Source of the DNA: Octopus sinensis | Taxonomy: Eukaryota | Assembly (NCBI RefSeq): GCF_006345805.1 | Contig: NW_021831874.1 | Span: 1 to 63,272 of the forward strand | Reading direction: 5' to 3' | DNA length: 63,272 nt | The notes under the pieces: generated by a model | Database searches by the model: none | Told to the model about the DNA's origin: nothing | Seen by the model: the letters and a program-made list of their open reading frames with translations, nothing else | Translations under genes and position numbers: made by a program | In this document: positions 25,791 to 39,715 of the stretch, one piece after another | Layout of the letters: each line of letters begins with the position of its first letter | How positions within the stretch are numbered: the stretch's first letter is position 1

Positions 25791-26128
25791 GTCTGAGACC
25801 CCCTTCGGTCGTGACTGACCATGGGATTGCACCTAGAAAGTTTGCCTCTCAGGCACAAGTCCGGGCAAGGTTGTTTTTTATGGAAGACCAGCAGTTGCCT
25901 ATGCATGCCGGCCTCCCCTCTCCACGCCACCAGTGTTATCCAAGGGAAGGCCGATAGAGATTGGCACCTGTGACGTCGCAACTCATTTCTACAGCTGAGT
26001 GAACTGGAGCAACGTGAAATAAAGTGTCTTGCTCAAGAACACAACACGCAGCCCGGTCCGGGATTCGAGCTCACAACCTCACGATCGTAAGCTCGAAGCT
26101 CAAACCGCAAGCCATGGGGGGCCTTCAC
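25791..26128 (-). mobile_element. SINE family C (tail C3)
   Basis: Same head and core as 22128-22448 but an unrelated tail. Confidence 0.8.
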
Positions 26129-26159
<31 letters not shown>

Positions 26160-26183
26160 TGTATGTATGTATGTATGTGTGTG

Positions 26184-26214
<31 letters not shown>

Positions 26215-26291
26215 TTGTTAATACGTAACGTACTTATCATGCTTGTTAACTCTCAGCCCTTGTGTTACTTTGTAACTTCTGCTGGATAGGC

Positions 26292-26334
<43 letters not shown>

Positions 26335-26639
26335 TCATGTTTTGAGTTCATTTTTATCCTGTTCCTTTTTATACCACACGCATATATGTTCTCTGCATAT
26401 ATGCGTATAAAATACAAGAGAGTTAAGAAACATATCGCTCCAATATAAATGCGACGCCAACCGATTTCAAAGCTCAATGAAAATATAGAAGCAAATTTAT
26501 CTCTAACAGACAAAGCATTTACAATATTTAGCGTCAGTATCGCCAACGGCACGATAACTCCGAAGGTCAGAATGATCACTCATACCTCTTACTCCATTAC
26601 CAGTAACAGCACAAAACAAAAGCAAGGAGCTAATAAATA

Positions 26640-28355
26640 GTCTCCTGTCTTTCAAGAAGCAGCAGCCAAATCTTCCGATAATACCGAATCATTAAGCATG
26701 GAAGATTCCATTTTATAATGTTATCGATGAAAGTCATTCTGATTTTGGTTGCAGGACTCTTTGTTCAATGTTTGTTAAATTTTAAATAAGGACAATACAA
26801 ATCTAGCTAGGGACCCTTCCTATGTTCTGTCAACCTGCTAGACATAGCAGCCAAATCTTAAATCATATCGAATAGCCTTAGATAGTAATATCTATACTAG
26901 ACAAAGTTCTATAACCCTTCAAAGAGGAGCTGACAGTAGATGGAATGCTATGAATCATAGATTTGATCGATTAGAGTTTATCTGCTGGGTCACGAACAAC
27001 AAACATGATCATCATCATCATCATCATCATTGACAATAAAAACAACGGCGACTCCGATGACAGCCACCACGATTATGTGAGTGGAACAATAACAAATATG
27101 AAAGACCTCTAATCTTTACCGCCATCACAATTAACAACAAGCAGGAAACGCAATAACTTCCAGAACAGTCATAACAATATCCTCCTTTTCATTATCATCG
27201 TCATTCTTAATAGTAACTACAACAACACTAACAGTTGCAAAAGTCACAACAACAATAACAACAATAAAATCAAGAATAATTACAATATAACAAATAGCAC
27301 AAAGAACAGTAATCACATCTGCAACACGGTCGATTTACCTGTTGGAAATAGCAGTCAAATTTCCTTCATATTTACGCAGTGCCGTCTTAAAAAAGAAAAT
27401 CTCACATTCAATAACAATAGTTCTAGACAGCCCCTAAAAATGTCAGCATTGTCAAGTCTGGAGGACATCGTTATCATAAGTCTGTTCAATTAGAGTTGAT
27501 CTGGAGTTAACTACAACAAACAACTTCAATACTACACATAAATAAACAGTAAATATAACTGTAAACTATGAACACCAGTAACAACAAAGACACTAGTGGC
27601 CAATGCTTACAACTATAGCTACTGCTGTTACCAGCACCACCAACAACTACAAACAAAAGAGTAGGTTACTCTGGCATTTAACATGGAAAACATAGCCAAA
27701 TTACCCACAAGCTTCGTTAAACAATTTTGAAATAAAAAAATAAAAAATTGAGAATGATTCCTTGTCCCACAGACACACACACATACACATACACAAATGT
27801 ATATATAAAGACAGAGGCCCATTGCCAGAACGAAGTAACGTTCGATATGATAATTTGATCTATTTGGAAGATCAATCGAATTCCTTCAAATACATTCCAC
27901 AGTCGTCGAACAAAGAGATGTGAAGGTCACGACTGGAACGCCTTTTGATACTAGGTCTACTCGCTCCATCGGCACAGATCTAGCGGTAAACGTTGACTAT
28001 TTATCCACGACCTCCTAATACCGCCGCCATCACCACCACCACCATCACCACACAAACAACAAATGATACTTACCATCACCGCCTCGAACATCAATTACTA
28101 CAACTAGTACTATTACTAAAATCCTCGTTGTCAAGATTTGAATCCGGATCGTAGAAATACGAAGCTAAGCACTTGAAATAGCCTTTATTTAATCCAACAT
28201 GTACCATGTCTGCCAAAAGATGCATCAAACTTGCAACATAGTCGTCCAGCTGACTAATAATGGTAAATCTCCTTTAAATCACATCCTATCTTTTGAATAT
28301 ATAAATTATATAAGAGTGTATAAAGATTAATACACGGCGAGAAGACTCTTTACAG

Positions 28356-28405
<50 letters not shown>

Positions 28406-28460
28406 GGCTGTGATGATAGATGTGTTCATTCGAGGCTGACCTGGGTTTGAACAATAATAC
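26640..28460 (+). mobile_element. Cluster of degenerate copies of an interspersed repeat (family E, CAA-tailed)
   Basis: Recurrent cagccaaatct..aaatca and ggaatgcc.ttga..ataggtct..(caa)n; related pieces at 21530, 38530-38760, 39790-39970 and 51895-52300 (minus). Confidence 0.5.
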
Positions 28461-28534
28461 TACCAGCAGCAAGTACATCAACAATCATAAATGTAATTGT
28501 TATCCTCAATTACACTATAACAAACACAATAAAT

Positions 28535-29387
28535 GGTAATTGGTTTCATAATCTGGCACAAGGTCAGCAATTTCTGGGGAGGGACTAAGTCGATTATATC
28601 GACCCCGCTGCTCAACTGGTATTTATTTTATTGGCCCCAAAAGGATGAAAGGCAAGATCGACCCCGACGGCATTTGAATTCAGAACAAAGGGACTGATGA
28701 AATTTCACAAAGCCTGAAATTTTGGAGGAGAGGCTAGTCGATTAGATCGACCCCAATACACAACTAGTACTTAATTCATCGGCCCCGAGAGGATGAAAAG
28801 TAAAGTCGACCTCGGCGGAAATTGAACTCAGAAGGTAAAGAGAGACGAAATACCTCTAAGCATTTCGCCCGGCGTGCTAACAATCTTACCAGCTCGACGC
28901 CTTATAAACTTTAATAATATTGATTTATAATAGAGATACAAGGCGAGCTAAAATTTGAAAGAGGAAGCAGTATATCACAGCGACATCAGTACTTAATTGG
29001 TATTTTATTTTATTGATCCCTAGAAAGAAGAAAGGCGGAACTGATCTCAGCGAATTTTGAACTCAAACTGTAAAGCGCCCCAGCAAAAAGAAAAAAAAGA
29101 ATAAAAAGAGAAAATAATGGTCTGCCGATGCTGCTAAACCACCACCCAATGTAATATGTAAGAATGGTTCCTGATTAAGGCACAAGGTCAGCAATTTTGT
29201 GGGGAGGGGAGGAATCGGTTTCATTCTCTCCTGTACTTGAATGTTACTACACTTTAATTGAACCGGAAAATGAATGGTAAAAATCAGTCTGAGAAGATAT
29301 GAACTCACTAATATAATAATTGATGATCATAATTATTTCCACCATAGGCAGACATCTTTGAATTTGGTTAGTCGATTACTTTGACCT

Positions 29388-29441
<54 letters not shown>

Positions 29442-29615
29442 TAATAACAACAACAACAATCTTTTCTACTCTAGGCACAAAGACCGAAATTTTTGGAGAG
29501 ATATGGCAGTCGATTAGATCGACCCAGTACGCAACTGGTGCTTCATTTATCGACCCCGAAAGGATGAAAGGCAAAGTCGACCTCGGTGGAATTTGAACTC
29601 AGAACGTAAAGACAG
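28535..29615 (-). mobile_element. Cluster of about five SINE family D pieces
   Basis: Repeated tcgaccccgaaaggatgaaaggcaaagtcgacctcgg and aggcacaagg..aattttg modules at ~28550, 28720, 28940, 29180 and 29470. Confidence 0.75.
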
Positions 29616-30172
29616 ACGAAATACCACTTTTTTGGCAGAAAGTCAATTACAATAGCTTCTTGAGGACGGAAAGAAAAAAAAAATTGAAAGAAGAAAAAAT
29701 GCAAACCTCACCGGGATGCAAACACAGGAGGTAAAAGCATCAAGATAAACAACTGCTCTCCTAATTTACAGATAATTGAGAATTTGAAATATTGGTTATT
29801 CCTAAATCAGCGATGCCTGAATACAGTACCGGGGATATTGTTGAAAGAAATATGTTCATAAATATTATTATGCAAAAAAAAAAAAAAATGATAATAATAA
29901 AATAAACACACAGTAGGGTCTATATGAAATAGAGAGAGTTGCGAAAGTGATAGTCTCAGATTATGGAATATATTAGTGAATAATGAGAGTTTGTTTACTA
30001 TTTCGATGTATAATTTTAGTTGATCAATGCTATATATTAGAAATATATAAGTATGTATGTAGATACATACTTAGTATGTAGATTTGTGTAAATATACTGA
30101 AAATATATCATGCGTGTGCGAAGGTGTGTACATATATATTCAAATATATATAAATTATATAGAAATATGAAT

Positions 30173-30213
<41 letters not shown>

Positions 30214-30317
30214 TATATAATGCATGTACATATGAAGATATATGTAAATGCATACATAAGTGAGCTCGCAGAATCGTCACTGCACAGGGCAAATTGCTTA
30301 GCGTCATTTCGTTCGCT

Positions 30318-30353
<36 letters not shown>

Positions 30354-30355
<2 letters not shown>

Positions 30356-30537
30356 AGAAAGGAAAAATTTTTTTTTAAATGCAGAATGCTCAAATGAAAG
30401 AAAATTTTAATAAAATGAGAAAATGATAAAATATATAATATAGAATAAATATATATTTATATATTTCTCATTTTCTCATTTTATTAAAATTTCTTCATTT
30501 GAGCATTCTGCATTTAAAAAAAATTTTTCCTTACTTA
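30354..30537. repeat. AT-rich fold-back hairpin (MITE-like), ~74-bp arms
   Basis: ggaaaaattttttttaaatgcagaatgctcaaatgaa..aaattttaataaaatgagaaaatga mirrored at 30465-30537. Confidence 0.85.
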
Positions 30538-30615
30538 TCATTTCTCCACGTGCGGTCAACACAACCCCACCATTTATTGATCTATATATATATATATAAT
30601 ATATATATATATATA

Positions 30616-30769
30616 TAAGTAAAAGGGCAGGCAACAGGTTGCTTTGCCGCATACCGAAAGAATTAGAAATAGCAGTCAGAGAATATTTATTTCTATAAAC
30701 AGTCTCTGACTGCCATTTCTAATTCTTTCGGTATGCGGCAAAGCAACATGTTGCCTGCCCTTCTACTTA
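30616..30769. mobile_element. MITE made almost entirely of TIRs, in (TA)n
   Basis: ~67-bp arms (taagtaaaagggcaggcaacaggttgctttgccgcataccgaaagaattagaaatagcagtcagaga) and ~19-bp spacer; homologous to the 55.76/56.7 kb arms. Confidence 0.8.
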
Positions 30770-31147
30770 TATACAATATATACTGAACTTCACAGAAGTT
30801 CCCGCCGCTAATGGTCATATTTACATACCGAAATCTACCGGTAAATAATTGTTGGTTGTCTGAAAAACCATCGAAGAAATTATTTACCCTTATTATATAT
30901 ATATATATATATATATATCTTGTTTAAACCTCGCCAAGATAAATATTTAAACCACGTGATGAATGACTGTAACTGGAAAATTTAAAGAAATTAACAGCCA
31001 TGAAACGATCGTAGTGATATATTAATTATATTTTTTAAATAATTTTGTTATATATTTAAATAATATAAATTAAATAATATTATGTATTGGCTTAAGTTTT
31101 TCATTGTATGATTTGCTTAATAGTGGTTTTGTCTCTATTTAATATAA

Positions 31148-31225
<78 letters not shown>

Positions 31226-31415
31226 CATACATACATATATACATCATCATACTATATACATATATACATACATACATATACATATACATATATACATACA
31301 TATACATATATGTATATATATATACATATATATATATATATTATATATATACATATATATATACGTATATATTATACATATATATACATATATATATATA
31401 TATAATATATATATA

Positions 31416-31458
<43 letters not shown>

Positions 31459-31752
31459 GGAGGCGCAGTTGCCCAGTGGTTAGGGCAGCAGACTCGCGGT
31501 CGGAGATTGCGGTTTCGATTTCCAGAGCGGGCGTTGTGTCTGCTTATTGTGCGGAAACATCAAAAGCTCCACGAGGGTCCAGCAGGGGGTGGTGGCAACC
31601 CCTGTTGTATTCTTTCGCCACAATTTTCTCTCACTCTTATTTCCTGTTTCTTGAGTAAAGTTGCGATGGACTGGCGTCCGTCCAGCTAGTGGTAAACACA
31701 TACGCTACAGAAACAGGGAAAACAGGCCCATGAGCCTGGCTAGGCTTGAAAA
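31459..31752 (+). mobile_element. SINE family A with alternative tail (A2)
   Basis: Head and body as at 22692; tail gcgatggactggcgtcc..acagaaacagggaaa..catgagcctggctaggcttg. Confidence 0.75.
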
Positions 31753-31984
31753 GGGAGCATGACGATGATATATGTACAAGCAGGTATTTATGTATGAATG
31801 CGACTATATATCAATACATGCATGTCAATATGTGAGTGTATATATGCATGTGAGTGTGTGTATGAACAAACTTACATGTATAAGTCTATATCAGAATAAA
31901 TTGTATATATCACATATGTATATATTGTTTTATATAGTAAAAGAAAACATTTATATATGTGTGCGTGTGTGTATGTACACACAC

Positions 31985-32031
<47 letters not shown>

Positions 32032-32496
32032 AAAGTTATTTTTAACATCTACTTGCTTCAGCCATTTGACTGCTGCCACGCGGGGTCACAGGCTTGACCG
32101 ATTTTAGTCAAATTAATTGACCCCAGGACATATTATTTTATAAACCTAGTACTTAATCTAACAGACTGCTTTCCCGAAACGCTAGGTTATGGAGAAATAA
32201 ACGCACGAAATGCAGTTGACAAGCAACACGCACATACACACGCATATATGTACGACGGGTTTCTCTCGGTTTCTGTCAACCAAATCCACTACAAAAGTCA
32301 GCCCGAAATTACCCGCACAGCTTGTCCTCAAGTTGTGCTTTCTCTTTGTGTTTTCATGTTTGGATTATATATATATATATATATATAGATAGATAGATAT
32401 ATATTAATATATATTAATATATATTAATATATGCATATATATTAATATATATATATATATATATAATATATAATATATATATATATATTATATTTT

Positions 32497-32564
32497 TATA
32501 TAGAAGGAGCTTCTACAGGACTAGTAGAAGCTCCTTCTATATAATAAGCTCCTTCTATATAATA
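32497..32564. repeat. Perfect 20-bp inverted repeat with tandemly duplicated right arm
   Basis: tatatagaaggagcttctac-aggacta-gtagaagctccttctatata, then aagctccttctatataata repeated. Confidence 0.85.
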
Positions 32565-32654
32565 AATTAATTTTACTCTGCTATGTATTGAGTACCTTAT
32601 TTACTGTGGTTAACCCCGAATCAACCCGGGACCTACATATATATATATATAATA

Positions 32655-32890
32655 TATATATCCGGAGTCTGGATAGATTCCTTCAAAGAATACCAGATAA
32701 GCCACCCATAATTGGATACAACTCACCCAACAAGAACTCACTACTTGAATGGACCATAAACAAAATTTGACTTAAACAGGATTCGAATAATCCTATCAGG
32801 TGGTGCTATTAAGTTAGACATGGCCTGGACCAATCTATGGTCGAAACATATCAAAGTTTATCTAAGTTTATCTAAGTTTATTTAAGTTTA
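32655..32890 (+). mobile_element. CR1-group LINE extreme 3' end with (AAGTTTATCT)n tail
   Basis: RSLDRFLQRIPDKPPIIGYNSPNKNSLLEW, homologous to the end of 55075-55500. Confidence 0.65.
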
Positions 32891-32929
32891 TATATATATA
32901 TATATATATGTTAAAATATATATATTTTT

Positions 32930-33530
32930 TTCTCTAGTTTCAGCTCAGAGCAGCGGCCATGCTGATGCACCACCGTTTTGTGCTACACTGTTATTGCGAA
33001 GAACCCCCTCTAATATGTGGCACTTGGTGAAGAATGGAGTTTGATATAGCTACTCTCATTTGCACCTCTTGCCGTGAGGTAGGTTCATCTGGGACTCTTG
33101 ACAGGAAGATGTCCAGCTTTGATTTAAAAACCGCTACATCTACTTTGTGCAAGTTCCTCATACTCTTTGGGAGAATATTAAAACGCTGTGGGCCCTTGAA
33201 ACCCAGGCTGTTGCAGAAGCTGGTCCTGAAGCGTGATGGCATTGCTGGGATCTTTGGCACTATGCAATGTCGTCCCGTTCTAGCATTGGTGTAGCTTAAA
33301 ATGCCAACATTTGGCACAATTCCTTCCAGGATCTTCCAGACATATATTACTGCATACCTCTCCCGTCTTCTCTCCAGGGAGTAGAGTCTTAGCTGTTTCA
33401 ACCTTTGCCAGTAGCTGAGCTGTTGCAAAGAGACGATCTTCTTTGTGAATCTTCCCTGGATTGCTTCAAGGTCCGCTGTTAATTTTACACTGGTGGGTGA
33501 CCATAGCAGTGAGCAGTAATCCAGGCGGCT
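32930..33530 (-). mobile_element. CR1-group LINE 3' end (RT C-terminus and 3' UTR)
   Basis: ISRLDYCSLLWSP..LSYWQRLKQLRLYSLERRRERY..FKSKLDIFLSRVPDEP; tail ggtgcatcagcatggccgc..gagctgaaac. Confidence 0.85.
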
Positions 33531-33539
33531 GATATATAT

Positions 33540-33591
<52 letters not shown>

Positions 33592-33719
33592 TATATATAT
33601 ATTAATATATATATAATATATAACATATATATATATATATATCATATATAATAATAAATACTCGTATATTCCATCTTCTATCTTTCATTTGTTTTTATCT
33701 TATATATGTATTTATAAAT

Positions 33720-34127
33720 GGCTGTGTGGTAAGTAGCTTGCTAACCAACCACATAGTTCCGGGTTCAGTCCCACTGCGTGGCATCTTGGGCAATGTCTTC
33801 TGCTATAGCCCCGGGCCGACCAATGCCTTGTGAGTGGATTTGGTAGACGGAAACTGAAAGAAGCCTGTCGTATATATGTATATATATATATGTATGTGTG
33901 TGTGTGTGTTTGTGTGTCTGCGTTTGTCCCCCTAGCATTGCTTGACAACCGATGCTGGTGTGTTTACGTCCCCGTCACTTAGCGGTTCGGCAAAAAGAGA
34001 CCGATAGAATAAGTACTGGGCTTACAAAAAGAATAAGTCCCGGGGTCGATTTGCTCGACTAAAAAAAGGCGGTGATCCAGCATGGCCGCAGTCAAATGAC
34101 TGAAACAAGTAAAAGAGAGTAAAAGAG
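33720..34127 (+). mobile_element. SINE family B, near full length
   Basis: Matches 9249-9640. Confidence 0.85.
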
Positions 34128-34504
34128 TATATACACATACATATATATATTCATATATACATATATTTAAATATATATTTATATATAAATACATATAAAT
34201 ATTTATATATATTTATATAGATATATATATTAATATAAATGTTTATGTAGATATACATATGCCTGTATATTATATATATACATTTGATATATATACATAT
34301 ATATATATATATTTATATAAATTATTTATATATATATATATATTTATAATATATATATGTAATTATATATATACATATATATATGTATATATTTATATAC
34401 ATATGTATATTCATTATACATATATATATGTTTATATTTATACATATATATACATATACATATATATAGTATATATATATTATATATACATATATACACG
34501 TGTA

Positions 34505-34535
<31 letters not shown>

Positions 34536-34539
34536 TATA

Positions 34540-35560
34540 AGGAAAAACCAGAAGCGTCTTTCACTGCCGGTTTGCTCACTGAAGACCACACCAAAACTAC
34601 TGGGGCCTTAAGGAGAAATACTTCCCTGAGGAAAGGCACTAGGCGTCTCCAAAGAAAAAATATATAAATGCAGTTCGGTCTTGAGATGTTTTGTGCAAGG
34701 CAGCAGCTGAGCAAGAGTCTTTTTTGTGCATGGCGTAAAGATTGTGCAGCAGCCGATCTGGGTACCTCAAACCCAAACAAGGAACCTTGCCCTCCACTGC
34801 GCAAGGCCACCACAATCAACAGACACGGAATGGCTTCCCCTAATGCCTGCACAGTTGTCACGCCAATATTTTTACTAAATATCGGGGGCCTGTTACATCA
34901 CAACAACAGAAGCACATTTTTTTCCTGAGAAACCTTGCTATATGCAATCAAGCCCTATGCATAGCACTCATGGAAACTCATCTGAGTCCTGGTATAGAGG
35001 ATGCAGAATCACACGTACCAAAATATACCATACTGCGAACAGACAGAAGGGAAATGAACCATGGTGGAGTTGTTATATACATCCCTGAAGACCTCAAGCC
35101 TCAGGTCTTACTGTCATACTCAAATTCAGTATGTGACACTCTAATAGTATATATAAGAATACACAATATAAAATTCACCCATCGGATGCTCCAAACCACA
35201 TAGGCAAGTTCGGAGATTGCTTCACAAGAATTAAAGAAATCCTCATGAAACTGGATCACCATGTGAGCAATTTCTCCAATGCCAAATGCCCTGAAGGCCT
35301 CATGCTCTCACGAATGACTCATTGCAAACAAGCAAAGGTGGAGTCCCTGCTCAACCCCATCAGTGCCCCATTCATGGAGCAAGTTGTGCTCAGACCAACT
35401 AGGGTAAATAACATTTTGTATCTCTGCTTCACAAACAATGTGGACATTGTCCAAAATGTGAAAGTGATACCGACATTAGTTTCGGACCACAACATACTTA
35501 TATTTATAATTATAATTATGTTATTGGAGAAAAGGGCGAAAAAGATCTATCTCTAGCACA
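34540..35560 (+). mobile_element. CR1-group LINE 5' fragment (ORF1 end and APE endonuclease)
   Basis: IFLLNIGGL, METHLSPGIEDAE..YTILRTDR..HGGVVIYI, EQVVLRPTRVNNILYLCF, SDHNIL (APE motifs). Confidence 0.8.
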
Positions 35561-35639
35561 CTTCTGATACCTTCAAGGTATCGACACTTCGATGATGCTC
35601 CCTTAATATAATTATATACAGTGTGTATATTACATTTAT

Positions 35640-35689
<50 letters not shown>

Positions 35690-35899
35690 ATATATATTAT
35701 ATATATTATGTGCGTGTATATATATATGTGATATATATATGTCTATATATGTATATATATATGCATATATATATATGTCTATATATGTATATATATATAT
35801 ATATATATGTGTGTGTATATATATATGTGATATATATATGTCTATATATGTATATATATATATGCATATATATATGTCTATATATGTATATATATATGC

Positions 35900-35931
<32 letters not shown>

Positions 35932-35993
35932 TATATGTATATATATGTATATATGTTATATATGTATATATATGCATATATATATATATATGC

Positions 35994-36077
<84 letters not shown>

Positions 36078-36109
36078 ATATATAAATATTGTATAGATTT
36101 TAATATTTT

Positions 36110-36428
36110 TTTTCTTATTTCAGCTCAGAGCTGCGGCCATGCTGATGCACAGCCATCTTGTGCTATACTGTTATTACGAAGAACCTCCTCTAATATGTGG
36201 CACTTGGTGAAGAATGGAGTTTGATATAGCTACTCTCATTTGCACCTCTTGCCGTGAGGTAGGTACATCTGGGACTCTCGATAGGAAGATATCCAGCTTT
36301 GATTTAAAAACCGCTACATCTACTTTGTGCAAGTTCCTCAGACTCTTTGGGAGAATATTAAAAAGCTGTGGGCCCTTGAAACCTAGGCTGTTGCAGAAGC
36401 TGGTCCTGAAGGGTGATGGCATTACTGG
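36110..36428 (-). mobile_element. CR1-group LINE 3' end, close sibling of 32930-33250
   Basis: Nearly the same nucleotide sequence and peptide ([30 protein letters not shown]). Confidence 0.85.
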
Positions 36429-36576
36429 GATATATACGTATATATATATATATATTTATGCATATATATAAATATAAATATATATGCATATACATATATA
36501 TAAATATAAATATATATATATATGCATTCATATATATACATACACATATATACACATACATATACACGTGCATATA

Positions 36577-36626
<50 letters not shown>

Positions 36627-36783
36627 CGTATATAAACATATATGTATATATACACACAAAAGGGAACGATATCATAACTACTAAGCTTGCAAGAAATAAG
36701 CCCTGGGGTCAATCTCTTCGACTAAAGGCGTTGCTACCGCATGGCCGTTGTCAAATGATTGAAACGTGTAAATGAGTAAATGA

Positions 36784-36823
<40 letters not shown>

Positions 36824-36842
36824 TATATATAGATATAGATAA

Positions 36843-36877
<35 letters not shown>

Positions 36878-37415
36878 ATGTTATATATATATGTATATAT
36901 ATACATATATATGTAAATACATATGCATGTATATATATATATATATATACATATATATACTTACATAGATATATATATATACGTACATATATATACACAC
37001 GCACACACACACACATATATATATATATATTTATATATACAAATACCTACATATATATACACACACACACATATATATATGTGTGTATGTATGTATGTAT
37101 GTATGTATGTATGTATGTGTGTATGTATGTATGTATGTATATATGTATATATATATGTATGCATGTGCGAGTGTGTACGTATGTGTTTATTACCCATCAT
37201 TGCGTGGCAGCCGCTGCGTGTTTACGTCACGAGGCGGGCAACAAAGTATGTAACACTCGTAGGATAATATTAATAATTACTAGGATCGATTTATTGGACT
37301 ACATCCTTCAAGGCTGTGACCCAGAATGGCCGTAGTGTAATGACTGAGGCATGTAAAAGTTACACGTTTATATATATATATTATATATATATACTCTCTC
37401 TTTATATATATATAT

Positions 37416-37461
<46 letters not shown>

Positions 37462-37472
37462 TGTGTATGTAT

Positions 37473-37508
<36 letters not shown>

Positions 37509-37768
37509 GTGTGTGTGTGTGTGTATGTGTGAGTTGAAGCATGTAGTCCTATAAATCGATCCTAGTAATAATTAATATTTTCCTAAACCTGTTATTTATT
37601 CTATTGGCCTTTTCATGCCGAACCGCTATGTAAGAATAAAGTAAACAAGAAGCGGGTGCCAAGCAACCATGGCCAATATACATACATACATAAATACATA
37701 GATACACTACATATATAACATATATACACACACACACATATATATATATAATATACACACACACATGC

Positions 37769-37817
<49 letters not shown>

Positions 37818-39477
37818 CATATATATATGATCTCAATACATTGTGGATCGTATTGCAAGTTTATTGATTTGTAATTAAGTCGGAATTGAAGCTCTTTTGA
37901 ATGTAGGGGGCTTAATTACTACCATTGCCTTCTGTACATGTCTGGTACCTAATCTTTTGACCCCCGTGTGATGAAAGTCGAAGGTCATGACGGTGGGATT
38001 CAACCTTAGAAAGTAGATATTAGAAAGAATTCCTGTAAGTCATTGAGTCTCTGTCGACTCGGCTAATCCAGCAATGAGTGAGTGGCAATACAAAAGGGCC
38101 AAGGATGGAGAGTTAATCCTAATAGAACTCTGAACACTTTATCCGCACTTACTTCACTGACTACTAGCAGAAATGACGTGAGATGCAAGTTCAGCTCACA
38201 GAAACTTGGAAGCGGAACACAATAGAATGAACTTAAATGTAATGAAACTGCATATAATAATTTCTACCGTTCGACATCCTACGTACCCCAGAGATCCTCC
38301 CACCAACGTGGCTCCGTCTGCTAGAAGTGATAGACAAATCTCCATGAAATGATGAACCCCTATTCACAACAAAAATAACGCCTTGCATAATGTAGTCCGG
38401 ACACGCTATGTCTGAAATACAAATGCTGATAACAAAAAAACAAAAAAAAAACAAAAATGACGCGCTCATCACATTTGAGATATCTTTGATCATATGTCTA
38501 CCCCAAGTAGAGCTGATCTGATCTACAGAACAACAACATTACCAGCCAAGTATGGACAGTCTGCGACATTAAGTGCTATTAGAAAAGGCATCTAAATAGC
38601 TTTTCAGTGTAAAACAGAAAGGACCCTTTGAATTATGTAGTATGATTTGTTAATAAATAATGTTTGGAAATCAAAACAGCCAGATGGAAAGGTCAAGACT
38701 GGAACCTCTAAGATTATAGGTTTGCTCGAACATGAATGAGCTGGGGTTAAGAACAACAGCGATACACAAGCACATGCATACAAAAATACAAATATACATA
38801 GATATGTGTCACCATGTTTACATGTTGCATGTGAAAAACAGTAAAGAAGGGAACCTCTACGGTGTTCTTAGCCTGTTCCCAGAAATCATAACCTATTGTT
38901 TGAGTACGTAGGGTGTGAGTTGACTGGGATTATATATTCCTGGGTTCGATACACTTAGGCAAAATAAAGAACAGTCAAAGCTGAAATATCATTGATAAGT
39001 TCCGTTCGATGAGGTCAACAACGACAAACATAATAATTCTGAACTCAGATAAGGCCAAGGTTGTTTTAATTGTATTTTTGATGTGAGTGTATATATATAT
39101 ATATGTATATATATAATCGATTAAGGCACTTTGTCTTTTTTTACTGCAGTAGTGTTTGAACTCGCAAACTAATAGTGCGTAACTAAATTCCGGAAGGTAA
39201 CCTAATTCTGCCATCCAATGTCGTTTAAAACAACGCCACCTTCTCCATGATCATCGTTAATAATAGTTGTTTCTGATTAAGGCACAGGGGAAGGGATTAA
39301 TTGATAGCATTAACCCTAATACTGAGACTATTTCTGTATTTTATCTATCCTGGAAATATAAATGAAAAATTTGACATCTGCAGGATTTGAACGTAAGGAG
39401 CAAAAACAAAACAACGTAAAGCATTTTTTACAGACGCTCCAGCGATTCTTTTAAACTGTCGTTTTCCACCATCCATG

Positions 39478-39556
<79 letters not shown>

Positions 39557-39589
39557 TCATTTCAATAATAATAGTAATAAATTCTGCTG

Positions 39590-39715
39590 AGGTTGACAAT
39601 GCCTTTCAACCTTTCGGGGTCGATGAAATAAATACCAATTGAGCACTAGGGCGATGTAATCGACTAATCCTCTCCTTTAAAATTTCAGTCCTATAGTAGA
39701 AAGAATAACCACAAT
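39590..39715 (+). mobile_element. SINE family D, 3' part
   Basis: gaggttgacaatgcctttcaacctttcggggtcgatgaaataaatacc. Confidence 0.65.

Noticed and set aside
28535-29615. Repeated ~40-bp motifs as a CRISPR-like array
   Set aside because: They are SINE D fragments with irregular spacing in a eukaryotic context; no cas genes.
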